This document shows positions 13,804 through 24,449 of a stretch of DNA of 39,104 nucleotides, one piece after another. The stretch comes from Atractiella rhizophila. Taxonomy: Eukaryota. Location of the stretch: assembly GCA_021432655.1 (NCBI GenBank), contig MU271614.1, forward strand, positions 1 through 39,104. The letters are read 5' to 3'. The notes under the pieces were generated by a model. The model saw only the letters and a list, made by a program, of their open reading frames with translations, made no database searches and was not told the DNA's origin. Position 1 is the first letter of the stretch. Every line of letters begins with the position of its first letter. A program made the translations under genes and the position numbers.

Positions 13804-14037
13804 GCTAGAGAATGCGGTGGAGAAACGGGAAGTCTGAGAGGTTTGTCGTTTTTGAAAGGAAAAAATTGCGGCCTATTCCGGTGGTTTCGGTACCGCGCTT
13901 GTTCCGGATGGGCCGCCGTCCGGCCTGCAAGGAAGCAAAGACGAGACGCGTCTTAGTTGAAGCTTCCTGCCAGTCAAGTAGATTCCTTGAGAAAGCCTCC
14001 ACCGAACGCATAGGACAAGTGAAGAGGTAGCATAAAG
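13804..14037. promoter_or_regulatory. Probable bidirectional promoter between divergent NAP-family and PC4 genes
   Basis: Only 234 bp separate the two head-to-head ATGs (13803 minus, 14038 plus). Confidence 0.45.
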
Positions 14038-14677
14038 ATGGGGAAACGCAAAAACGAACCGAAATCAGATGAATTTGTTGTGGACTCTGACGCGAGCGAG
14101 GAGGAAAAACCCGTGAAGAAGAAAGCGAAGAAAGAGAGCGAATCCTCTAAAAAGTCTAAGGAGATAATGGAGAAAAGCTCTAAGGTATGTGTCCCATGGT
14201 TATGGCCTATGTATTCCTGATGTCTGTCCAACAGAAGAAGGTGGATTCTGAGCAGGAAGAGGAGTCTGAGACTGAGCCTCAAGGTTCCCCGAAAGACGTA
14301 AAGGTGAAGAAGAACAAGGATGGGAAACCCTACGTAGAGGTTTGTCTCATTTCCCCACATCAAACCCAAATATTGATGATGGAAAAACAGCTTGGGAAGT
14401 TACGACGCGTTACTGCGAGCTCCTTCCGTGGAAAAGAGAGCATTGATATCCGAGAGGTTTGACCCTTCTCTCTACATTCTGACCTATGACATACCGAATC
14501 CTGCAGTATTACGAGAAAGATGGCGACGTTCTTCCTGGTAGAAAGGGCATCTCTCTCTCTCAGGAGCAATGGGCTAAACTGAAGGAGCTTATCCCTGTTG
14601 TCAGTCTTTTCATCACCGTTTGTGTATATCGCAGCGCTAATTGTTACGTGAAGATTGATGGCATGCTTGGAAAATAG
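14038..14677 (+). CDS. SUB1: Transcriptional coactivator PC4/Sub1, multi-exon
   Basis: K/E/S-rich N-terminus, then PC4 domain [47 protein letters not shown]; four short introns. Confidence 0.9.
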
Positions 14678-15465
14678 TTTTGATTCTTGTTTTACGTCTG
14701 CTAGTTACACCCCCATCATCAGGGTTCAAGTCTGCTGTCAATCTCCATGTTTATCTCGACAATCATCAATATGGTAGAATGAAGTCAACCTAGATTTGGG
14801 AAAACTAGGACTTGATACTGCAGGCGAGTCATTATTTCTCTCTGAGGGAGACGACGCTTTCCTCTTCATGGTTCGATGCCTGTGCAGCAGATCCTCGTCA
14901 TCAAAGAGAAGTAACGCAAACAGTATTTAACTTGTTGCATTTGCAGCCTGCGTGACTATCTGTTACTCTCCATGCATCCGACTGGGAGCATGAAATGCCA
15001 ACTCGAGTGATTCCCTATGGGGTTGCTGAAAGATCGAAGAGCTACGCACGCAAACAAAGAGGAAGGGCACAGGAGTCTGAAGTATTGTCCGGTTCAAAAC
15101 ACGTTGAGAGTCATGTTAAGTAGGTCTCACTATATTCTCAACGTCAGCGTCTAGCTGGGGCTTTCGAGCGCCGGAGATCACATCTCCCAAGCAGCATGGC
15201 GCCGTCGTCTCTTCCTCTGCTTCAATGGCTGCTGCCCCAACGAGCAGCTCCACTCCTCACCACCGACTTCGGATGTTTTGGACCTTTGACACATCAGAGC
15301 GGGAACGGGAAGAGACAACCGCGATCATGACCACAGCGCGGAGAAACTGGAGTATAGATCCGTAATAAGGAGTGGATAAATACTAAAAGGCGATATGTTC
15401 GCTCCCTCTCAATCCGGCCAGCTTCAACGATCTCTGACCACCTGAGCACGCCATCTCCGCTACCT

Positions 15466-16685
15466 ATGGATCCCTCAAAAGCCACTGCAGCACTTAAGGA
15501 TTTCTCTCTCCCTCCCTCGCCTCCCAAGACTGTTGTCATAGTCGGCGCTACCTATGGAGTAGGAGCTGCCGTTGCACGGCAATGTGCTCGTATTGGATGC
15601 GCCAGAATCTTCATTATGGGAAGGAGCGAAGATAAAGCTGAGGGCGTCTTAAAGGAATTAAAGGAGAATGGCAAGGACTACTGGCAGGTTGCCTTCGTAA
15701 AAGGGGATGTTTCGTACGTTTCTCAATCATGTTTCCGGTAAAGGAAGCTGAGACAGCTGCAACTGTAGCAACAAAAGGGGGATGAGGAAGGCGGCAGAGG
15801 ATCTCAACACTGCTCTCGGCACAGGACAGATTGATTATCTGGTTTGTATTCCCCCTACAGACGATTCTAAAGTTACGCGGTGATGATGCATCCGGTATAG
15901 TTCATGTGCCAAAATGGGGTACCCTCCGGCATTATCAGAGAGAACGAGGACGGGTGCGTCTCCTATCCCGTTTATGACTCTGATGGTTTGACTTTTGCTA
16001 TTTTCTAGGGAAGAGATCGCGTTCGCTATACAAACTCTTTCCCGTTTCGCTGTCCCATACCTGCTCATCAAATCCCGCTCACTCGCACCGAATGCGAAAA
16101 TCATCACAATCGCGAATTCAGGAATGGACTTTGCCGAGCTTTCAACGTCTGACCTTTCGCTCAAAGAGAGAGCACAAACGAGGCCCAAGATAACTTTGAC
16201 TCAAGATCAGTCGAAGAGGGATAGCTGCGTCCTTGACACCATCACAATGGTCTGTCATCCAGTTCCTAAAAAACCAAACTCTGATTCCAACCATGCATTG
16301 TAGGAGTTCAATGCACGTTATCCTGAATACAGCTGCTACAACATCTGGCCAGGATTAGTGAAAACCGAATACTTCTTCTAGAACAATTCTCTTCCTTTCC
16401 CACTCTCAACGATTATGAACCTCGCGGTTCGCCTGGTGGGAACAACGCCGGCTGCTTTCTCCAACACACCAGTCTACGTAGGCACCCGTCTTTCTAACCG
16501 CATGTGGACAAGTCGTTCTGAATTTCTGGCAGATTGCTTTCCACCCAGAGGCAGAAGAGAGGATGGGTAACGGGAAGCTTTGGCAATATACCATGAAGCC
16601 GAGCAAACCAGGCAGTTGGGCTCAGAACGACGAGAACAGGAAGAATTGTTGGAATACTCTCAAAGTTATGATTGGAGAAAAATAA
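15466..16685 (+). CDS. Short-chain dehydrogenase/reductase-like NAD(P)-binding protein with an in-frame TAG at 16379-16381 (possible nonsense allele or pseudogene)
   Basis: Rossmann motif VVIVGATYGVGAAVA, IMGRSEDKAE, IDYL|FMCQ, FAIQTLSRF, NIWPGLVKTE. The frame continues past the TAG to ..CWNTLKVMIGEK* (TAA 16683-16685). Confidence 0.8.
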
Positions 16686-17415
16686 TGTAGAAGTATGCCA
16701 TCCAACTTGAAGTTGACAACACATTTAAGTCCAGAGATCGTGTGCAGCAAGGCAGCACGAAGAAAGATACGTTGGCATCCATCAATAACAAGGACTCGTT
16801 AGAGAACATGGAAGGAGGCCGAGATTTTGACACGATTCCCACGGGCTGTTGTCACAATTCCTCCAACCCCTGTATTAATAACAGTTTGTTTCACCACGAC
16901 ACTTCCTCTTATGCGCCAAAATTCAATAATATATACTATCCCCTTCATCTCACAACCGGTTCAGGAATAGGCTATACCACCCAGGCTTACAGGCTTACTA
17001 ACCTTCAAGTTTGAAGCGTTGTCTCGCGTCCTGCGGCGCGGAAGCACTCCTTCCTCGGCACCATGAAAATGCTAGGATGACTAGATGTTCCGAGGGATGA
17101 CGCGTCCCTGGAAGTCAACAGTGTGGGAACTCTGGAAGATTGTTAATGTAACAGCCATTTCGTATTATACGCTGACCAGATTTGTGGCTCCACGTTCGCG
17201 CATACCCAGGTAGTGGAGCGCGCGAAGTGAACGACGGGGAGGACCATCGGCCCCAAACATGGCATTCTTCGCCCAGAAAATCAATGAACGGGCTTTCGCA
17301 TATACCGCCTGCTTCCGAGGCACTATATAGGTAGGCAAACGGTTATCATGTCCAAAGCCCCTTTCGCCGCCCATCACACAGTAAAACACGATAAAAGCAG
17401 CAAAACTTCAAGGAG

Positions 17416-17637
17416 ATGGCTACAGCAACATCGCCCGCACCTGCCTATACCCATCTCTCCCCACCGCCTTACGCCCCCTCTCCTCCGCGCTCAATATCGA
17501 GCGAGACCTCTGCATCACTAGTGACAGAATCAGAAGCGAAGAAGGAGCCGGAGAGCTTTGTTTCATGGTTCTTTGGTTTGTTCAAGGACGATGGGAAGAG
17601 AGAGCAAAGTAGGGGATGGAGAAATGATAGGTGGTGA
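17416..17637 (+). CDS. Small intronless 73-aa protein with PY-like motifs and C-terminal RNDRW (paralog of 27863-28174)
   Basis: Good start context (ggagATGG), TATA-like ctatatag near 17323, and clear protein-level similarity to the 103-aa ORF at 27863-28174. Confidence 0.7.
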   Translation: MATATSPAPAYTHLSPPPYAPSPPRSISSETSASLVTESEAKKEPESFVSWFFGLFKDDGKREQSRGWRNDRW

Positions 17638-18122
17638 CAGGTGATAGCAAGTATGCACAATTACTGGGGAGTAAACAGTGCTCATGCGACTGAACAGCCC
17701 TGAAGACGCGGACAGGTTGCTACACTAGCACTAGCCAAACTCATCAGACATTTCGGATTTCCAAACACCTTCCTTATCTGAACTTTCGTAAATTCGTTGT
17801 CAATATTCAATACTTTTGGATATCGCGCGGCTCATACACTACATACTGCATGATGTTAATCCCATTACTCTGTACTTCATAGCGGGCAGCATCTGACCAA
17901 TGTCAGTTGGTGCTGACTGGATGAATAAAACAAATTGAAGCGCACAATGCTAACACTCACCATTCCCTTAATGCCAGGCAGTTACGAGAGGTCTTTCTTA
18001 CGACTCCTCGCCCTCACAATCAAGTAGTGTAGATGCTGAGACGCCGTTATCCCTGAGGGGTTTACTACTCCACTCAACCTGTTAGATTGAGAAAGACAAG
18101 ACAGAGAAGGCTAAGTCTTGGG

Positions 18123-19263
18123 ATGGTGAAATCTAAAAGGCATAGCCTAAAATCGGGTTCGTCTTTTATCGTACCTTTGATTCCATCGCATGTATTGACA
18201 AGACTGATTGCAGCGCTGGAGCGCATTCAGTCATCCTCGAAGAAGAGGAAGCTGGACTCTCCTTCCACTGCTGCCGCCAATGGAGCTGAGGATGGCCGAA
18301 TGGCTAAAAAAGCAAAGCCAAATCCGTCCGTGGCGAAGTCGCAAGCAAATCAACAGCCTGTTATACCTTTCACGAAGGGAGAGTCCGTCCTGCTTGTTGG
18401 AGAAGGGGATTTCACTTTCACCCTAGCACTTTTGTCCCACCTCTCGTCTACCTCCGCCAGCGATACAAACGAGGATGGTGCTGGCGAAGGAGATCTGCGA
18501 ATCCTCGCGACCACATTTGATAGCCTTGCAATTTCGAAGGAGAAGTATCCGACGGTGGAGGAGACTGTGAAGTCAATCGAGGAGCAAGGAGGGAAGTGTG
18601 TCTTCGGCGTAGATGCGACGAAATTAGAGAAGTACAAGGAAGTAAAAAGGAAGAGCGGGTGGGATAAGATTGTGTTCAACTTCCCTCATTCTGGTACTCC
18701 TCCTCTTCCTCTCACACTCTAATTGACAGTACCAAACTGTAGGCTCAAGCATCGCAGATCAAGATCGCAACGTCCGCACAAATCAATCGCTCATCCTCCT
18801 CTTCCTACGCTCAGCACATCCCCTTCTACGACCTTTATCCTCCACCTCCCCCTCCTCGCGCACTCTACGTCGTACTCCCACCCCGGACTCAGATGCTGAG
18901 CCTTCTCTATCACCCGTCTCTCCAGCCCGCTCGACATCGGACCCGTGTATCCTCATCACCCTCTTTACCGGCTCACCATACACTCTGTGGTCCCTTCCCG
19001 ATCTAGCAAAAAACAAGCGCTCAATGTCGCGGACCGTCCTCGAGCCTCCTCTGAACGGACTCAAACAACCGACGTATGAGGTCCGGAGAAGCTTCAGATT
19101 CCCTGCTCAGAAATGGGGTGAGTTGGGATACGCTCATCAGAGGACGAATCCGAACTTGAAAGACGGGCGAAAGAAAGGAAAGGTTGGAGGAGGGGAGGGA
19201 GAGGCCAGAACCTGGGTGCTTGTTCCTAGGGAGGAGAAGCGCAAAGAAGGCGAGAGTGATTGA
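18123..19263 (+). CDS. BMT5: 25S rRNA (uridine-N3)-methyltransferase BMT5-like (DUF2431), 3 exons
   Basis: VLLVGEGDFTFTLAL, ILATTFDS, FGVDATKL, WDKIVFNFPHSG|SSIADQDRNVRTNQ, ILITLFTGSPYTLW, SFRF..GYAHQRT. Confidence 0.88.
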
Positions 19264-19434
19264 ACGTTTTGACCTGAAGCTGGAAAGCTTGACTCTGCAG
19301 AGATGATGCATAGCACAGAGAGTCGATTTATCGACGGTTTGCGATATATAGCCAATGAGTTCTACCGGATGTATCTAAAAGTACACAATCACTGTACACG
19401 CCAATAACTAATATGCCCAACAATCTGATCCATC

Positions 19435-21716
19435 TCAAACAGCAGGTCCCTTATAAGGGCTTTTCAGCTTTCCATCCAAGCTCAGCTTCAACTGGAGAGC
19501 GACCAGCTTGGAGAGGTGTCGACTGCTTGGCTGTTGGGTTTGAAGAAACCAAAAACCAGGGTCTACAGTCGTAAATGGGGTGAGATTCCATGGACTGTTG
19601 GAAACAGGGAACGGAGGCTTACGACCAGATTGCACAGCAACTCCCTTCTGCTCAGCTTCTGAGTAGATTCCCTGCACATCTTCCATTTTGTTCGCTTCCT
19701 CTATGCCAATATATTTAGAAGCTGTTTCTCGTTGATCGTTATCCTGGAATCTATGCGTCGATTTAGTCAGTCTACACGCTCCATCAGGAATCAGGACGAA
19801 CCCCGTGGCCATGACAATCACATCGGCTTCATCTACGGTGCCATCAGAATATTCAACTCCCTTGTCAGTGTACCTGACGATTTGTTTCTTGGATCGAATC
19901 GTCACACGCCCATCGAGGACCATGTCCGCCATTCCACAGTCGATGAGATGACCGGCTATGGAGATGCAAACAGTCAACAGTGACCGCAGGAGTGGAAGGA
20001 GAGAAAGACGTGCCATGTTTAACGTAGATGCAGTTCCAGAAATCCTTCTCCTCTGCAATCATCATTCCCTTGGCTTTCATGCTATCATAGAACTCCTTAT
20101 TCTGCTCTGCCGAGAACTTGATCCAGCCATTCAACAATATCCGTCCGATAGAAGGAGGGAGGGATTCGCTCATCTGGTCGGAAATTTCGATCGGCGTGAA
20201 ATCGTTGTAATGTTCGTAATGTTTTCCAATCGCCTCCTCGCAAGTGATCATGCACGACGTGTTACGCTGATAAAGGACGACGGAGGAGAGACCAAAGCGG
20301 ACCATGTCCATTGCGATATCGTGAGCTGAGTTCGCCGCTCCTTGAAGTGTAATGTGTTTAGGAGAAGGAAAGAATGTGCAGGCGTAGAAGGCATACCAAT
20401 GATTAGTCCTCTTTTGCCTTTCCACGGCTCTGCATTCCAGTATTTGACACTATGAACGATGTCTCCCTTGAACTTCTCCTAAACAATAGCACATTAATGG
20501 ACACCTTTACTGGAGGAGATGCAGAGAAAACGTACCCGCTCCGGAATTTCCGGTTCGTAAGGATCCGTGTTCCCTACTCCGGTGCACATTACAATGTGCT
20601 TCGCCACAATGGTTTTCACTCCGTCCTTTCTCTTAATCTTATTCGTCCACTCCTTCCGATCTTCATCCCATTTTCCGTCCTCCCACCTGCTCTGCATGTA
20701 GACAGGTAGACCCAAAGATTTTCGATAACTCTCGTAGTGATCTGATAGCTGTTGAGCCGTAATAAAGACAGGATAGTTTTCTGGGTAGCGAAGAAACGGC
20801 ATGTGCCCTATTTTCTTCGGTGTGTCTGCATGTTATTGGATGTATCAATGTTATATGCATGATCAGGTGAGGAGTACGAACGCAGTTTGCAAGCCTCGTA
20901 ACGTGTGCCCCAGCTGTCGCCACACTTCTGGTTGCCATCCACTACGACGTGAGGGATTTGGAAGGACTTGAGAAGGGCTGAGAGGCAGAGACCGGATTGG
21001 CCAGCGCCTGGGCCAATTGTTGTCAGTTTTCTCAAGGCGGCTAACAGTCGAATGGGTCACATACCGATAACGAGGATGTCGGTCTGTTCAGGGAAATTGC
21101 CGTCTGGCGCACCATTGGCAATCGGCTTCTCCTTCATCTTCTGTTCATCAAGGGTTTCGACGCCATCGAGCGCGAAGATGACTGTATATACAGTCCAAAG
21201 TTTCCACCTGTCTTCTGCAACCCTCACAGCTCGGAAGCTCCCCATGCAACTAGCTTTCGGCTCTTCGATCTCAAACACGAAGCCAGTATCAAGCCAATGA
21301 GTCTTTTCTGAGAACTCCACGATCTTTCCCGGCGCATCTTGAAGGCGGAAAGAGTGCGGTTTCGCGTGAGGAGCGAGGGCTTGAACAGCTTTGGAGATAT
21401 TAGGGATTCCATGGATGGATCGAATCGAAGCTATTTCACCACAATCACCAGAACATATCAGCGTAAGAGGCAAAGGGGAAAGAAAGTACGAACCAGTGAA
21501 TGCGAGCTGATCACGCCAAACAGCACCATCGAGGAACAAGTTGTTCAAATCGTCGTCCTTCCCTTCAAAAACCTTTGCCAGCTTATCCACCAATTCCTTT
21601 CCCATGAATTGATGTCCGTGCTCTGTGGAATGGGAAGGTTAGTAGTAGGAAAGGAGACGGGGATAGAATCAAGGGGTGCCGATTCGGCAGTTGGGCGGAA
21701 AGTGTCTCTTTGCCAT
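19435..21716 (-). CDS. Flavin-containing monooxygenase (class B FMO, fungal type with N-terminal extension), multi-exon; start at 21716 or 21605
   Basis: LFLDGAVWRDQLAFT N-terminal domain, FAD motif ILVIG|AGQSG, GDSWGTRYEACKLHTP, FMO signature FKGDIVHSVKY, NADPH motif IIGAANSAHD, DVIVMATGF. Confidence 0.88.
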
Positions 21717-22791
21717 TTCGCAGACTGATTATGTTCTTGTTATCAGTGTGAGCACCCGATGAAGCACGTAAGCTGACTGGATCGATGGATCTGCGTTGGT
21801 ACAAGCACCAGGTTTTAAAGCTACAGTGGCGAGCTGGGCGAAGAATCGGTTCCTCCGTCCCCACTTTTACCGGCTAAATATTAGAAGCACGCATTCTCAT
21901 TCCCGACAATGACGGTTATCAAAGCGAGCTGGAGAGCGACCGTACCCCAGTTTTTGCGCACAACCAGATTGTGGGAGGCAGCCAGAAAAGGCAATGAAGG
22001 AAATAGCGGCAGATGTTCAACATTGCACTGCCCCACTGACGCGAACAATTCATTGAAGTATAAAGAACACCTTGAAGTGAAGGAAGGGTCAAATAGTCCA
22101 CCATCACTTTCATGGTACTCATTCGTGGTATAAATATCAAACCTACCCTCGGAGACAGTGCACACAATCGTGGCGCCTTCAGGGCAATGACTGACGGTTG
22201 GAGCATCGGTGTATTTGCTATCACAAAACATTTCTACTCTCTATTTCTATTGGGAGAGGAGGAAACATGGTACTTCTCGTTTCAATTTTAAGCTCACTGT
22301 CGCTTAGCGAAAGAAGCTGATATAGAGAATCATTACAAAAAGTGGGAGGTTATGACAGTAACGAGTTCCATTTTATATGCTTTGATCCGAAACACTTTCC
22401 ACACCTTCCAATATACCTTTGAGGCAAATAAAAGCCATCTTACCCTTTTAAACATGTTTCCATCTCAACTGCGCTCCCAAATGCTTCTCCACATTACAAA
22501 ACCTCCATTCGCGTCGCCGTTATGCAGTTGTAGCAAGCAACATGGTCTCAGCACTTAAGTCAACTGGGTTATGCATCACAATATATATCAAAGCATGACG
22601 GTGTAGGCTAAGCAACAGTTGGAGAAAAGTCGAAATGGTCGTAGCCGAATGCTTCTCCGTCCGCCAACCGATCAATTGATCAGCGGCTGAGGTGATCATA
22701 AAAAGTACGATCAATCAAAACTCGAATCACTGGCCTCAGATAAAAGACTCATAAAACCACCATCTGAAGGGAAATATTTCTCAGTAGCAGA

Positions 22792-24449
22792 ATGAGTACG
22801 ACGCATCCTTTCTCCTGCCTCACTTGCTCTCTTTCTTTTGCCACTCCGACGCTGCACAGAGATCATTACTCATCCGAGCTCCATCGGTACAACGCTAAGG
22901 TACGCCACTCATCATCTTTACCCTGTCTTGCCTCTGGCTCATATGTGCAACGATGTAGAGAAAAGTAGCGAAACTCCCACCGGTCACCCGGGAGGTATGG
23001 GAGGAGAAATTGGGAGCTGGCGCGAAGTTGGAGAAGGAGGAAGCAGAGAAGAAGGAGGAGTGGTACTGTAAGGCTTGCAGGTAAGTCACAGCTTTATTCA
23101 TGACAAATGACCCTTTCTGTGTGTTTCCTCGGCCATATTTTTATTATGCTGTCAGGAGCATCCAATTTACATTTCTGTCCTTTGATGTTTTAAGTGGCTG
23201 CTAGAGTGTATGCATTTTGTCTCTATTGAATTTGTACTCATTGGTTTTGAGAAAGAGGAGGAGTTGCTTTGATAATTTGTTCACTTTATGCCGTTCCTTT
23301 TACATTCTTGCCTGCTGAGCATAAACAGAGCTGACTAACCAACCTTCTTGGCTCTCAGCAAATCTTTCTCGTCTATCAATGCGCATCGCAATCATCTCGA
23401 GTCCAAAAAGCATCGCGATAATGTCTTCAAGTCTTTCTCAGCCGATTCCATCTCAAAATCACAATCACAATCTACCATCTCCAAATCTGCTTCCAATTCT
23501 CCCTCCGAAGAGTCCACGGACGTAGCAGCTGTGACACAGTCTCTCGCTTCTGCTTCTCTCGCAACGACACCAGGAGGAGACACAATGGATGCCCTCGTCA
23601 AATCCCGTCTCGCCTCCCACCCTCCGCTCCCGAAAGGAACCTGCCTCTTCTGTCACTCTTCGACCTCCTTCGCTTCGCTCGATGAGCTCACAACCCACAT
23701 GCAGCGCAAACACGGTTTCTTCATTCCCGACTCTGAGTATCTCGTCGACCTTCCAGGCCTGCTGGGTCGATTGGGTGAACTGGTTGGCACCTGGAATGTG
23801 TGCGTTTGTTGTGGGAAGGGGTATGGGGGTGAGGTCGTTATTGAACAGGTCGAGGAAGAAGGAAGCGAGAAGAAGAAGGTGAGGGAGAGAGATGGATTGG
23901 ATGCGGTCAGGAAGCATATGGATGCTAAACGACATTGTCGCTTGCCTTGGGACACCGAGGAGGAACGGCTTGATTATGCGGATTTCTATGATTACCGACC
24001 TTCTTATCCAGATTATAAGCCACCGAAAAAGAAAGAGGAGGAATGGGAGGACACAGAAGATGTTGAGGATGACGAGGGAGAGGTTGTTGAAGTTTCGGCA
24101 TCGGAGGACGAAGAGAGCGAGGAGGAAGAGGATGAAGACTTTGAGAATACGATTCCCATTTCCTACGGTTCAACACCTTATGAACTCATCCTCCCCTCTG
24201 GCATTCGAATTGGTCATCGTTCCCTTCGGAAGATTTACGCTCAAAATCTCGCTCCGCATCTCAGCAAATCCGCTGCCTCTAGATCTGGTCCTTCGAAGGA
24301 TTCCCAGCTCGTAGATCGTCTAGCAGAGAGCGTCACGACAGGAAAGAGTCTTGCATTATCGAGGCAAGGTTTAGTGGCCGCGAAGGGAGGTGGAGGGAAG
24401 TTTGGGAGGGGTGGAGAGCTGGTGAAGGCTAGAAATGCGGGAGAGGCCA
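22792..24449 (+). CDS. REI1: Pre-60S maturation zinc-finger protein REI1/ZNF622, 5' part (interrupted at 24449 by mirror block A)
   Basis: ATG 22792 MSTTHPFSCLTCSLSF..HYSSELHRYNAK|RKVAKLPPV; introns 22900-22958 and 23081-23358; WYCKACSKSF..HLESKKH; CLFC..HMQRKHGFFIPDSEYL; AVRKHMDAKRHC; ELILPSGIRIGHRSL. Confidence 0.92.

Noticed and set aside
3222..21716. Secondary-metabolite cluster (acyl-CoA synthetase, MFS, SDR, FMO)
   Set aside because: No PKS/NRPS/terpene core enzyme, and the genes are interspersed with housekeeping genes.
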